The notes under the pieces: generated by a model
The model's input: the letters and a program-made list of their open reading frames with translations, nothing else
What the model was told of the DNA's origin: nothing
Database searches by the model: none
NCBI GenBank assembly: GCA_013115125.1
Contig: JABANN010000404.1
Coordinates: 1 to 32,186 of the forward strand
Direction: 5' to 3'
Length of the DNA stretch: 32,186 nucleotides
Origin: Perkinsus olseni
Taxonomy: Eukaryota
Part shown: positions 1-12,100 of the stretch, in pieces
Layout of the letters: the number at the start of each line of letters is the position of its first letter
Numbering within the stretch: position 1 is the first letter of the stretch
Position numbers and translations under genes: made by a program

Positions 1-429
1 AGATGAGTTCATACACCAAGTTTCGGGCCCTGAGTCACAATCGCTACGGAGAAATTAGAAAAAAACTTCATGTTATATAATTTTGTGGACGGGTTTATTC
101 ACACAACCATCCCTACCCTTCTCGTCACTGCTCTTGATTCGTTCCTCCAGGCTCTTAACAGCGGTCTGCAGAACCTAGAACACCATCATACTCACTGTGA
201 AGAAATCATCACGCACTACAAAGATTCCCCAAGATTCGCAGACATTGCCCTCGAACTCCGCGAACCAGACACGGATGACCGACTTTTTTGATAGAGTGTC
301 CCGAAAGGACGGAGGAAACGGAAATGACGGCACCATAAAGAATTTTCCGTAAATTCAGAATTTGTAATTAGTTTTGTTCTAATCTGATTGTGCACGACAA
401 CCCAAAAGTCGATCCTCCCCGCCGGGAAG

Positions 430-3400
430 CTATACGTAGCCTACCTCGTTGCTTGACTTCTGCGACTCAACCTCAGCCCTCGCAACATTGAGCATTCTCT
501 CCAGCTGAGGACCACCGCCGCTAGAGGCGCTCGGAGTCGCCGAAGACTCCCCGGCAGCAGCAACCGGAGGAGGAGAGGGAGATCCGATAGAAGCTCGACC
601 CTGGAGAGGGAGAAAACATAAAGATTCACAGCGGAGCGAAGCACAATTTCCCACCTTATACAGTTTTATTTTGTCAAGCAATGATTGCTTCTCGACGCTC
701 CAACTGCGCCGCTCATCAGCAAACTTCGAAGATTCCTGACACCAGCAGCAGCTTGCATGCGGACATACCAACTTTTCCGTAACAATTCTCACCTCCTCCA
801 GCCGCTTGATCGATTCCTTCGAGGAGCTCAAGGTGGAGCTCTGCTCCTCATACGCAGATCGGTAAAACACAAGACTGAGGGCGGCAGCGCAAAGATACTC
901 TGCGCACAGCCAAGATTTCGCCCTACTTGTTCTTCAATTCTTCCATCTCGCGAAGGACCTTTTCTGTCTGCTCTCTCGCCATCTCCCGCGCGCTTTGAGT
1001 CTCCTCAGAAACTCCTAGCAATCGAGCCACCCAGGTTCGAGCCCCACATGTCGCATGTTTACTCTTACTCTGTTGTGTTTCCACCAACAGACTTGCGATC
1101 TTGGCCTTCTCCCCCAATACAGCCTGCAGCTGCTCACTGAACTGAAAGTGGGATATATCATTAGACTCGACCCTTTTTGTATCTTTCCCGCTCAACCTCA
1201 AGATACTTACAACTTCAACTCGAGCTTGAGCACTGTGCATCTTCTCCAACGCTTCCGACTTTTCTCGCAGCGCTATCGATCGTTCGTGCACGACCTGAGA
1301 GGAATCTTAGGTCAATGCGAGGCGAATACAGGAAGCTCTTACCGTTTTCACAGTGCCTTCCAAGGTGGCATTCTGCGCCGCTAAAGATGCGCTTCTCTTC
1401 TCAGTCGTTCTTGCATCGTCCTCAACCCTCTTCAAGGACGCCCGCAGCTCCGACATGGCCTCGGAAATGACCGACTGAATCACGCGATTTGCGAAAGGAG
1501 TGGTACGAGGCCCCCATCTCCCATGCCCACCTTTCTATCCTTCTCAAGTTGCAGCATCGTCTTCAGCCTTATGCTCTCGGTACTCAACTTCCTATTCTCC
1601 TCCCTCAGCGAGGCAGACTCTTGTCGTATCAGGTCCAACTCTGAAGATGGCCAGTCGCTATTACTAGGTGACAGAATGGTTGTTGAAGGCTCATGAAAAT
1701 AATTAATAATCCAGGCTGTTCATTCGCTTGGACGAGCAGAATGCGTCGGAGTTGAGTGTTAGTGGAGCGGTATCTTTGAGCTTAGATGGTATAACAGAGG
1801 TTAACCTAGCGACAGCCAGAATGCAAGATTCCCATCCCTACGTTTCTGTGATTCGGTCTTCACCGTCTCCAACTTGTCTTGGAGTAAACTGATCTTTCTC
1901 TCAGCACTCGACGACCCTCGTGAGGGCGAACTACCAGAGCCCGCTCCAGCATCCCCCGTACCTGGAGGATATCCTTAGGTCTACCATGCAAGATACGGAA
2001 TAGGTTGGACTGCTAACACTTACCATCAGCCTGTGTTGCTGCTGAAGCGGTGTCCTGTAGTGACTTCCTCAACTCCTCAATCTGCTGCATCATCTCCTTC
2101 TTCTCCTTGTCAGCTCGAGAGAGAAGACCCTCGTACGTCGATCGATCGGTTTCTCGGGCCTTCGCTCTGAACAAACAGTAGCAACATCGTCACGCGCCAC
2201 GAAATTACTGATCCGAAGTCGGCGGAAAAGCACCCAAGGCTGCCCCAACAGAGGTCGAAACAGCACCCTATGCTGAGTTGATGATAATGCGGCTCAAAGC
2301 GAAGTACCCCTCCTCTGATGAGTATTCGAGGACGCGACGGCCATTAGCGCCCTCAAGCCACGAAGATGCCCGAAACGTCACGCGCCACGAAATTCACATC
2401 GTGAGCGCCGAGGGTGACGGCAAGTCGACGTGCAGAAGGATGCCCTGATGACCCTGCCAACTCACAACTCCTTGTATGCCTCATCCATCTTCTGCCAGTC
2501 CTCCCTCAGCTGTGCCAACTCCTTCTGGGCTTCAATCTCACACTCATTCCTCAGCCTCGCCACTGATGCCTTCAATGATGTATTCTGTGATACCTGCAGC
2601 AGCAGCAGCCCAGCTGCATCCTCAAGCGGTCCATCAACAGCAGGTGCGGGATCCTACCAACTCTGCGACTGTCATGAAGGATGGTGTGGACCCCTCCGCC
2701 GGCGTGGCCCCTTCAATCGAGGACGACGATATCGATGATCTGAGAACAATGACAATGGCCTCGGCTAGCGCCCGCGAAAACACCTAAGATATTCCCTTCT
2801 TCTCAAATATTTGATAAACAAGGCTCCATTTTTACGCACTACATGCGCCACAACGGAGCATCAGCCTTGCCACGATGACCGGCGATCAGTACCCAATTTC
2901 CCACCACTTCCACCAGATATCACTACCTCGTACCCAATACGCCCACCGAGCTCGCCCTTCCCTGCCGGTGTTACCTTCGTCTCTTCTTCCCACCGCCCCC
3001 CTTCAACAGCTCCACCTCGTGCAGCAGCACCGACGTCTGGTTAACCTGCTCCTGTAGTTGGAGCCTTAGACTGGACACACTGGCCTCCATCTGCCGTCGA
3101 GTATGGGACTCGCTATTCAACCTATCATGACATGCTACTTGGATGAGCCTCGAACTTGGAGCTCCCCGAGTAGATGAGCCAAGGAAAGCCTCATACCACA
3201 CCATCCCGAACTTATCTTACTTTTCCTTGGTCTCCCTCAATCGTGCGTTACCAATTTCTATCTTCTCATCTGAAACATGACAACAACTCGACCTGTACTA
3301 GCTCGAGGTCGAAGATACTCCCTCCACGCGATGCTAATACATACAGGGAAGAAATGAGAATCTTACTTGCATACTGGAGCTTCACAATAAGGTCATCATT

Positions 3401-6400
3401 TTGACGTTGTACGGCGTCAATCTCAGGCGCCTTGGCTTCAACGTACCCATTGACCTCATCAAGGAGATCTTCCAAATGTCTGACCATATCCAAGGTCGAC
3501 GCGTGCAAGATACGAAGCAGGTCAAGAAGGATGCCTTACGCATTAGCCTTCCTAAGGTCTGTAGTCTCATTTCTAGCTGCCATCAATGCATCAACCAACG
3601 CCGAGAGAGGAAAGCCTCCCTGTGGAGCTGAAAATGAAATCTCCATTTCACCCACGACATCCGATAAGAAATCCGGATCGAGATGGCTGATAAACGACGT
3701 GACCAGAAGACGGCATCTTCAATACTCTCAACCCCAACCTAATGCTCAGCCGAGACGCCTCACCTTCCACTCCGAGAACCTCAGCAGCAACATCCGTTAC
3801 GGATCGCCGTCGCCCGCCCTCCGTAGGAGTATTGGCAGCAATCTACCATACACGTACGTCAATACAACCTCACTCGTATCCTGCACGCTCCGACCTTCTC
3901 TCTAAGATACTTTTCCTTCTCGTCTTTCAATTCATCTCTCTCCTTCATCAATGCCGCCCTCTCCTTCTCAACCGTTTCAGCCTTCCCTCGCGCAACAGAC
4001 AGCGAGCACAACGTCTAAAAGATACGCCCCTCCGAAAGGTCTACCTAACCTAGCCGCGAGTATCTTTACTACATTATTCAACTCCTGCTTGGTCTCAGCA
4101 AGCTCCCCGCTCTGCGTCTTCAGCTGCTCCTCGAGATTGGACACCATTTGCTGCTTCAAACTAACGATGCCCTCCAAGCTGGATTTCTCAGTCGCTCCGT
4201 TCTCTCTCGCCGAGGCCAAATCTTTCACCGTATCTTCCAACCTGTGCAAGCCTAGCATCAACCTCAGCTTCCTCAATTATACTACTTCCTCTCAGCGTTC
4301 TCATGCAGCTTGGTCAAGCGACGGCACTCTGCCTCAGCATTTTCAAGGCGGCTCTTCAATCCCGACAGTTGGGTGTTGTGGTCCAACCTGATGCAGCAAC
4401 CTCCCTACAGCTAGCCCTTCTCCAACTAACCACACGCCCCGCCTCCTATCGCTACTGCAGTGGTCACTGAGACGTTATTAAAAATACTGCTGTGTCTGGA
4501 GGTGCGAGTATTGGAAATATTATATTTCCATCCGGGAATACCACACTGCAGCAGATTGAATACCATTCCAGGTGCGCAGTACCGCAGTTTAACCAATTCT
4601 CGCCAGAGCAGCTTCCACAGCCTCCGTAAGCGGTCGAAGTCCCATCTACGCCCCTTGGACGTCCTTCAAGAACTTCAAGTTGCGGTATCGCGCACATCCA
4701 CAGAAACGAACACTACCGAACACTACCGACCTCGCATCAATCTAATGTACCTCTCCAAGACGCTTGCGTACTTAACTACGATCAGACCTTCGAAACAGAG
4801 ATCACCATACAACACCAAAAGGTGATCTACACCCTAGATTGTAAGGCCGCGAAAAAATCGCCGACCGATCCCCCTATCCCTGGGTCTACTCTCGACCGGC
4901 CCATCACGGCGTCACACTATTCCACCACAGCAGCACACACAAGCCAATTGCCCCTCGCCCAGTATGACCTCGTTTTCTGCATTTCAGTAACGGTCCTCTC
5001 CTTATCAGTAGTAGCATGCTCAACCAGTTGCCACAACTCCTCCACCTTCGACCCCAACCTCTTCGTCTCAGCTTGCAACGATTGATTATCAAATTCTAGC
5101 GGACGTAGTCGACCTACACACCCCGTGAACTTCCTATAAAGCTAGCGGAGCGATGCTCCTGTCATTACTATTTGCGTCGGACAGTTGACACTGTAGAGAC
5201 AGCTTCTCGGACTGCAACTCCCCCAGCTGGCGTGTCAATACCATCAACTCTCGTGTTAGCCGAGACACCCTACACAGCAGGATGAAGCAGAGATCATTCG
5301 AGGCAGCAATCAACCGTGCAATACGAGAAGCAACAACAGACGCAGCTGCCGGGAGGGCTCATCAAACATTCAAGGCGCCATCTAAGCCGAGATAGCGGCA
5401 CCCTGCCCCCCCCAATCAAGACTGGTGTAGAGAACCGCCCTCTCCCGGGTACTACTCAGCCGTTGATCCATCTGCCCTATCAGTAGTGTCCACAGACTGC
5501 TGCTGCTGGTCACTGTCCGACTCAGTGATCCCCAGCGATGATGATGGCGCAGCTTCGGCGGCAGCAGGCGTGGCCTGATAACCCTGTTTCCCCATGATGG
5601 ACCAAATAACAACACTCCTACCCGCTCTTCAGAAGTGTTATCCTCGCTAGAACCCTCATTTACGTTTCCTCCCTCCGGCGATGTCTACAGCATCATCATC
5701 ATGCTAATACACATACCACACCATCATTACCTCAGCCGCTGCTGCTGCCGCTGCCTTGTCCGTGGGTGTCTCCACATGAGCGACCTCCTCTTCCTGTTGC
5801 TCGTGCCTTCCACTCTGCAGCATTGACCATGTACTACTACCACCTTACACCAGTATGGCGTACATCGTCCAGTTCAGCGTCCATTAGATCATCAAACATC
5901 GCCATCTCCTCATCTTCCTCGTCAGCAGCAGCAGCAGCAGCCGTATGAGCTGTCGGACGAGCGGCTAGGAAGCAAACGAATAGAGGCAGTAGCACTATAG
6001 ACTAAGCGCACTACGGAGATTCTCATTTCCTCTGGCCGGGCATCAAGCGTTAGTCAGAATCGATTTACCTCCGCAATACCCCAGCATCATGCCGAGAAGA
6101 CTAGTAGTAAGCATACCAGTGATGAGCTTCTGACAATCAGTACAGCCACCCGCACTACCATGCTGGTAGTCTTCTGCAGTGGAGCTGCTGTTGTTGCCCT
6201 CCTCTACAGTAACGGCCGCTACTCCCGACTGTTGTTGTTGTTGCTGGTCACCTGACACAACGGCCGTTCACTTATAGTATACAGTGACACGCGGCAAAAA
6301 AGAAGACAAAAACTGTCACCAGGTAGCCGGTGCTACGATATTCGAGACTTCAAAATTGCGCAAAAACGAAAAAAGCCACTGGGCCCCACACATGGACTTT

Positions 6401-6665
6401 CCCGAAGCCTGAAAAGACCTTCGCAACATGAAGGCTCTCTTCAACTGGCGGCCCAATGCTAGTGTGCGGGTATCGAGGGAAAGCGGGACGACGCACAAGA
6501 CCCCTCACCATCGTTATCCTCAAAGGTGTCCGCCCCTGCTGCTGCTGCTGCTGCTGCTGGTTGTTGTTGTGTGGTATCATTCTCATCACTGGTGCTGAGA
6601 TGGACCGATCCCTCGCTGTCCGATACGACGCCAGGAGGTGCGTCGGACGGTGATGATGATGACAT
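430..6665 (-). CDS. Large multi-exon coiled-coil protein (gene span including introns; ends approximate, could be two genes)
   Basis: Many short E/K/Q/L-rich heptad-like exons on the - strand (e.g. SLKQQMVSNLEEQLKTQSGELAETKQELNN, ERSIALREKSEALEKMHSAQARVE, DNQSLQAETKRLGSKVEELWQL) separated by short GT-AG introns. Low-complexity S/A/D N-terminal exon starts at ATG 6665. Confidence 0.6.
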
Positions 6666-6946
6666 CGAGTAACGAAGGACGACCTGCCGGCCCTGGCAAG
6701 GTCATTGGAGTACTTTTCAACTCAAGGCACTAGTAGTACGGATGGTAACGTTAATGATAGATAGAGTTTGATAAGTAGTGATGATATAATTTGTAAAAAA
6801 ACATACGAATCTTGGCGGAGCGATGCTTTCATGGCAGAGGTCCCCGGTTCGATCCCACCACATCACAATATTACATTTTGATCACCGTCTCTGATTTACT
6901 CGACTCTACGGAAGAACGACGATCCGAGACGGCGAACTCTACTAGT

Positions 6947-8185
6947 ATGACGTGTGCATCTTCTATTCTAACAATCGTCATCTACCAAGCGTTGATGGAC
7001 GCCCACTGTGAAGGGGCCGTATCACCGACAGCCTTGCCGCCTGAGCACTCCGAAGACGGTGGTCTCAACCTACCCATCGACAAAGGGTACGTCACGATTA
7101 CTATAGACAATCAGGATCTGCATCTCCTGCTCGACACCGCTTCGCCCCATCTCATAGTGATGGACGGCCATTGGCATGAGAGTAAGTTCGGCGTGGAGAC
7201 CTGCAAGGCATCTGCCAATGCTGGCTGCTTCTACTGCCCCAAGGACGACCCCTGCGACTTCGAGAAGGAGCCCAATGTCTACCGAACAGTGTATTACGAT
7301 GGCCTGGCCGTTGACAGCATCATACGCTATGGTTCCTTGACCCTTGGAGGCCATAAAGTTGATGCGTTCCCCTTTCGTGTATCGAGACTGGTTTTATCAG
7401 CATCAACTGCCAGCAGCCCTCCCCGGTTGAAAGGCTTCTTCGGTGTCTCTGGTCTTCCGCCTACCTCCACGTCCTTCAGCTGGGATCGTGATGTAAGAAG
7501 CCTCCTCGACGCCCTCGTGCATTCGAGCGCTATAACTCGACCTGTGTACTCTATCCGAGCCCATTCACAAGCATGTGTAGGGTCGATGCTCATCACTGGT
7601 GACTTCATGCTTGGTGACACGAATGAGAATGCATTGATGGCATCAAAAGCACGCGGCTCCTTCCACTTCGTCGCTGACAAGGAGTACCACGAAGCGCTCC
7701 CTACTGTGCAAATATCGTCGCTAAGGTTATCAGGTGCAGATGGTTTCCTACGCGAGTATCCGGTGTCTTTAACGTCCCCTCTGGACACTGGCTCCACCGC
7801 CCTTTTCCTTCCCATCCCAAGCATCCTGAACGACATTGCCGAAGCACTGAGTCGGAATCTCAGAAGGAGAGGATACTTCGACCACGAGATCTTGGAAACT
7901 TTTGAAATAACGGACAGGGGCACGCTTGGCGTCTACGGGGCTGTTGTTGACTACCTCCCTGTGCTGAGCTTTGACCTCGGTGATCACAAAAGGAGCATGC
8001 GCGTTCAGCTCCACCCGAGGGAGTATTGCCACTGCTCGCTCGCGTATTGCCGAGTCGCGATAAGGGTGAGTAATTCTACTAGCCTCGGGTCGCCGCTTTT
8101 CCGGGCCTTCAACGTACATGTCGACTATGACGATCGTGAGATATCTTTAACCAGCAAGGAACAGAACAGAAACGAACATCTCTAA
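6947..8185 (+). CDS. Pepsin-like (A1) aspartic protease, intronless, probably secreted
   Basis: Two catalytic motifs LLLDTASPHLIV and PLDTGSTALFLP, flap-like YYDG, GFFG motif, C-terminal LGSPLFRAFNVHVDYDDREISL. First ATG at 6947 is followed by a hydrophobic leader. Confidence 0.88.
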   Translation: MTCASSILTIVIYQALMDAHCEGAVSPTALPPEHSEDGGLNLPIDKGYVTITIDNQDLHLLLDTASPHLIVMDGHWHESKFGVETCKASANAGCFYCPKDDPCDFEKEPNVYRTVYYDGLAVDSIIRYGSLTLGGHKVDAFPFRVSRLVLSASTASSPPRLKGFFGVSGLPPTSTSFSWDRDVRSLLDALVHSSAITRPVYSIRAHSQACVGSMLITGDFMLGDTNENALMASKARGSFHFVADKEYHEALPTVQISSLRLSGADGFLREYPVSLTSPLDTGSTALFLPIPSILNDIAEALSRNLRRRGYFDHEILETFEITDRGTLGVYGAVVDYLPVLSFDLGDHKRSMRVQLHPREYCHCSLAYCRVAIRVSNSTSLGSPLFRAFNVHVDYDDREISLTSKEQNRNEHL

Positions 8186-8329
8186 TAAAGATCATGTTTA
8201 TTTTACGATGTTGTTTGGTGTCCATGGCCCGCGGCCAGTGAGGCGCGTTAGTAGTGTCCAAATGCCCAAGACGAGACAGGTTGCTTCGAGAGCTGCAGCA
8301 GTAGCAGCACCCGGAGGGCGTCACGAAGA

Positions 8330-9080
8330 TGTATGTCCCCTCATACCCTATCACAGAAAGCTGTGCAGTTCAGAACACCAAGCGCATCATGACGCTCAGA
8401 GACAGGCCCGACGAGCTTCACAGGAGAACCTAGCCAGCAGTGGGCATTCTGCTCCGGTGGTCAATAGGGCGCGGGGAGGCACTGGCGGCTGACTCCTTGG
8501 CGATATCGGGCTACAGGGAGAGAAATTCTCTCAGAGAATACTGAAGTGTCCCGACTCCTGTCCACCGGATTTGGAGCATCGAGGGTCACTCAGTCAGTCG
8601 AAACGACTCAGCAGCTCTGGCAGTAGCGGCAGCGACTGCGTTGCCTAGCTTGACTCTTCGCAAGCTGGCTGTAAGAAGGACCTTTTCTCCAGCTTCGACT
8701 GCTAGCTACAGCACCAAGATACACTCGTCAAGACGACCCTCCTCGGGAACCCCCGCTTCAAGGGTTACAACCTGCGAACAGCGGACTATAGTGATGGATG
8801 AATGTAATAGAGCTTGGTCCAATGATACATTTGTGTCCGTGCTCATCCTTCGGAACGCTGCTCGTAACCTAGCGTCTTCCCAACTGTCATGAGACGCAAC
8901 TCCACCACCAGCTTACGATACACTTTCAATGGTTGCCAATTCTATTTTACCGTCAGTCGAGGATACGATTCAGCTCGGGACAATGTCACGCCACAAGAAG
9001 CGGAAGTTATGGTACACCAGGGCATCATCATCATCATCGGCCGCCGCCGCCGTTGCACAGCTGCCGTGCACTACCATCAT
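8330..9080 (-). CDS. Hypothetical multi-exon protein (structure uncertain)
   Basis: ATG at 9080 (MMVVHGSCATAAAADDDDAL) followed by short exons bounded by GT/AG (IELATIESVS/WEDARLRAAFRRMSTDTN/VVTLEAGVPEE). No family recognised. Confidence 0.35.
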
Positions 9081-9137
9081 GATGATGACGCAGTAACAGC
9101 GTGAATGTTATGAATGCATAAGGGATGATGAGCCTTA

Positions 9138-12100
9138 TTATCTGGCCATCCTTGGAGGCGTACCGGACCGTGGCTGAGGGCCTACCAACAGGAGAAACAC
9201 CTACACTATCATAATAATCATACGCCTCTCACCTAGGCTGCCGTCCCCTCCTGCCATGCCTGGCCCCCCCTCGCTGCCAACAACAGCAGGGCCCGTTGAG
9301 GACCTCATGATCGTGCTGCTGGCACTATGCTGATGATGGTGGGGATGGTGACCATGGCCAGCGCCTTGGTGCGGCCCATGATGGCCACCACCAGCTGCTG
9401 CATGGGAGCCGCCTCTCATGCCGGTCGACGCTTGCACTGCATCAGTCGACTCCAGGACTAGATCTCGGAAAGAGCCGTCCACCGATCGCTTGATGTCCCC
9501 AAAGGTCGCCAGCACACAATCGGCACCGTCCTGACACAAGCAGCGCTACGCAGTTATCGGAAGGATCTTCTACCCCACCTTGCTGCCTAGCGTGATGGTC
9601 TCATGCAAGGTGCCCACGTCTGCTTTGGCCAGGCCATCCAGAACGTGGTGGAGGTTGTTGGCGACCTGCAAGGATCATAAGCCCTGGTAAGAGAGACTGG
9701 ACTCACCATGCTGGCTGGAGGAGAGGTTCCCGGTACCACTTGCCCGAAGAGGTACTCCATGAACATATTAACCTAACAACTCGGACAAGTGCGAAGTGCA
9801 GGGGGCCTCGACTCACCAGTTGTCTTTCGTCCATTTGCTGCGCGTTCATATTTTTAGCCCAGCTCGGCCGCTCCGCTACGTTGGCTCCCAGAGTATTAGG
9901 CCTGGGACAGATCTTGCTCCGAGAACCCAGCAGATTTCGAGTTTGAGATCCGCTGGGGATTCTCAAACCTAGTGAGTTTCGCACAACCATTTTTTTACGG
10001 AATAACGTCGGGTCTGGGATTCGAACCGGAGACTCTCGCGTGTAGTGAATATTTCATCATCTCAATCAACGGCTTCGCTGTGCAAATTCTGCCACTTCGT
10101 CATGAAGGCCTAGTTTCAAATCTCCACGCGAATCCTACTGAAGCGCCCTATTCCCGCCTACCGTTTATTATCCCCGTTGCTGGACTGGGCGCTTCGACTG
10201 GCGTTCCGATCCAGCGCTGAAGCATCAGTGGACGGGACAGAATTCTGATGGTAGGATTTAGAAGGCGGGCTACTACTGGAGTTCATGGGGTAGCAGTAAG
10301 CAATGGTACCTAGAAGTCACATCTTGCTTCCTTACACATTCTTGCATTTCCTCCACGTGTGCTCACATAGTTTGATCAATAATTTCAGCATCCTCGAGTT
10401 GTCCACCTCCAGTTTAAATTCGTTCAAGAGCATGTCAGTCGTGAACAGAGAGCTTTCGAACTGAATCAGATTCACGAAGGTGGACTATGCCCGGCAAAAC
10501 GATGAGTTCACCTTGTTAACAATATGGTTGCAGTACTTGAAGGCGAGCTGCTCTGAGGTGGGGTAGTTGGACAGGTCCTTGACTTGGGTCAGGAGAATTT
10601 GGGCCAGTGATTTCAGATCATCCGAGTAGCTCGGGTTCGCCATGAATCCCGCTCCATTGGAGGCGTCCATCTCCTCGGGAATTTTCAGAGCATTGTCACT
10701 GCGCCCTGAAATTCACCAAAGAGCAGTCCGGTACGATTGCCGTCATCCAATGGCGGCTCACCGGTTGCCATGGACAGGATGAGCCTCCCTAAACATATCA
10801 GGTCCTTCTGCTGTTGATGGGCGATCGAGCTCTGCTGCTGCTGCTGGTGTGGTTGGGACATCGGGGCTGGGCCAGTCCGTGATGACCCAGCCCAGGCCGT
10901 TTGCGGTGCCAAGCCGGTTCGAGAGGGGGGCTGAGGGGTGCAGCAGAATCAGAAGAACGGTCGCGTGTGTGTGAGTTTTAAGTCCAATGCCGATAAGCCA
11001 GCAACGACGAGTTCAGTGGTGCGTTATGCAGTAAGCCCGGATGCTGCTGCCACTACGAGCGAACGAACGTTGCAGTGAAAAGCTTACGGATTCCTGTGCC
11101 AAGGCATCCAATAGGCCAACGCAGTTCAAGTATACCCTGGGTGGATAGAGGAAGGCGGTGTCGGTGACCAGAATCTGAACAACGCGAGAATTGCCCCCGC
11201 CAAGACGCAGGAGGTAATACGGTCACCTTAGTTGGATGAATAACCTTCGCAGAGAGTCCGTGGCTGTGGATATACTTGAGACACATGATCAGTTGACTCA
11301 ACACGTCCTGCAACGCAAAAGTACTCTTCCAATGTGGCGCGACGGTATCATTCGCAGCCAGCAGCCCCAAGACCCCGGTTCGACCCTACCACCCTCACCC
11401 ATATAACATGCTCAGGTATCCCCCCAGTCCCGTTCTGTTTAAGCGTAGGAGAGTCTATGAACACTGACTGCAATGTTGCCACCGAGGGTATATAATCATA
11501 CACGTACACCTATCAACACTCATGATGATGAGCTCCTAACCCTCCCGGCGACTCCTCACCAGGGACCCTCCGTCCTGACTCGGATTCTCAGCCTCGATGA
11601 AGTCCCTCGTCCCGAAGGCTTGTCGCAATGGTACTATGCACGGATGATGCTGAATAATAACGGAATCCAGTATTATCAAACGCTGCAGCCTGCTGTTGAT
11701 GATGGCAGTCTTACTATGGCACTCCACGTCCTCACAGCTTCAGTGACCAAGTCGAAGTTACTCAGGCTAAACCCATCAACTCGGCATAGACAATAGACAT
11801 AGGAGTCCTACAGACAGGATGAGGGCTGGTCGGGGTAGCATGATCGAGTAGATGAGGGGCGGCGAGCATACACGAACAACCCCGGGGGTGGCGAAGGGAT
11901 GTTATACGAGAGCCAAGGCAGATAATTCTAAGAGCTAGATTCGTGACGTTATCAGTAATAATACGATCGCTACGAGGTGCTCAGCGTGCGGTACGACCGC
12001 TACTAATACAGCCCGGTCGATGAAAGCTCGACAGTGTCTAAATGCCGTGCAGCAACTTGTGATAAGTTACCCATACCAAACGCTCGGGCGTTCGAAAAAG

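Noticed and set aside
2315-2425. Hammerhead-like CTGATGA...CGAAAC
   Set aside because: Stem II does not close properly at the core, stem I is absent, and the UH cleavage site is missing.
3904-3910. AAGATAC occurrence
   Set aside because: Lies in coding sequence (KYLR on -) and lacks the rest of the 40 bp element.
6812-6946. 45 aa N-terminal extension of the protease ORF
   Set aside because: Starts at TTG and overlaps non-coding motifs. ATG 6947 precedes the hydrophobic leader.
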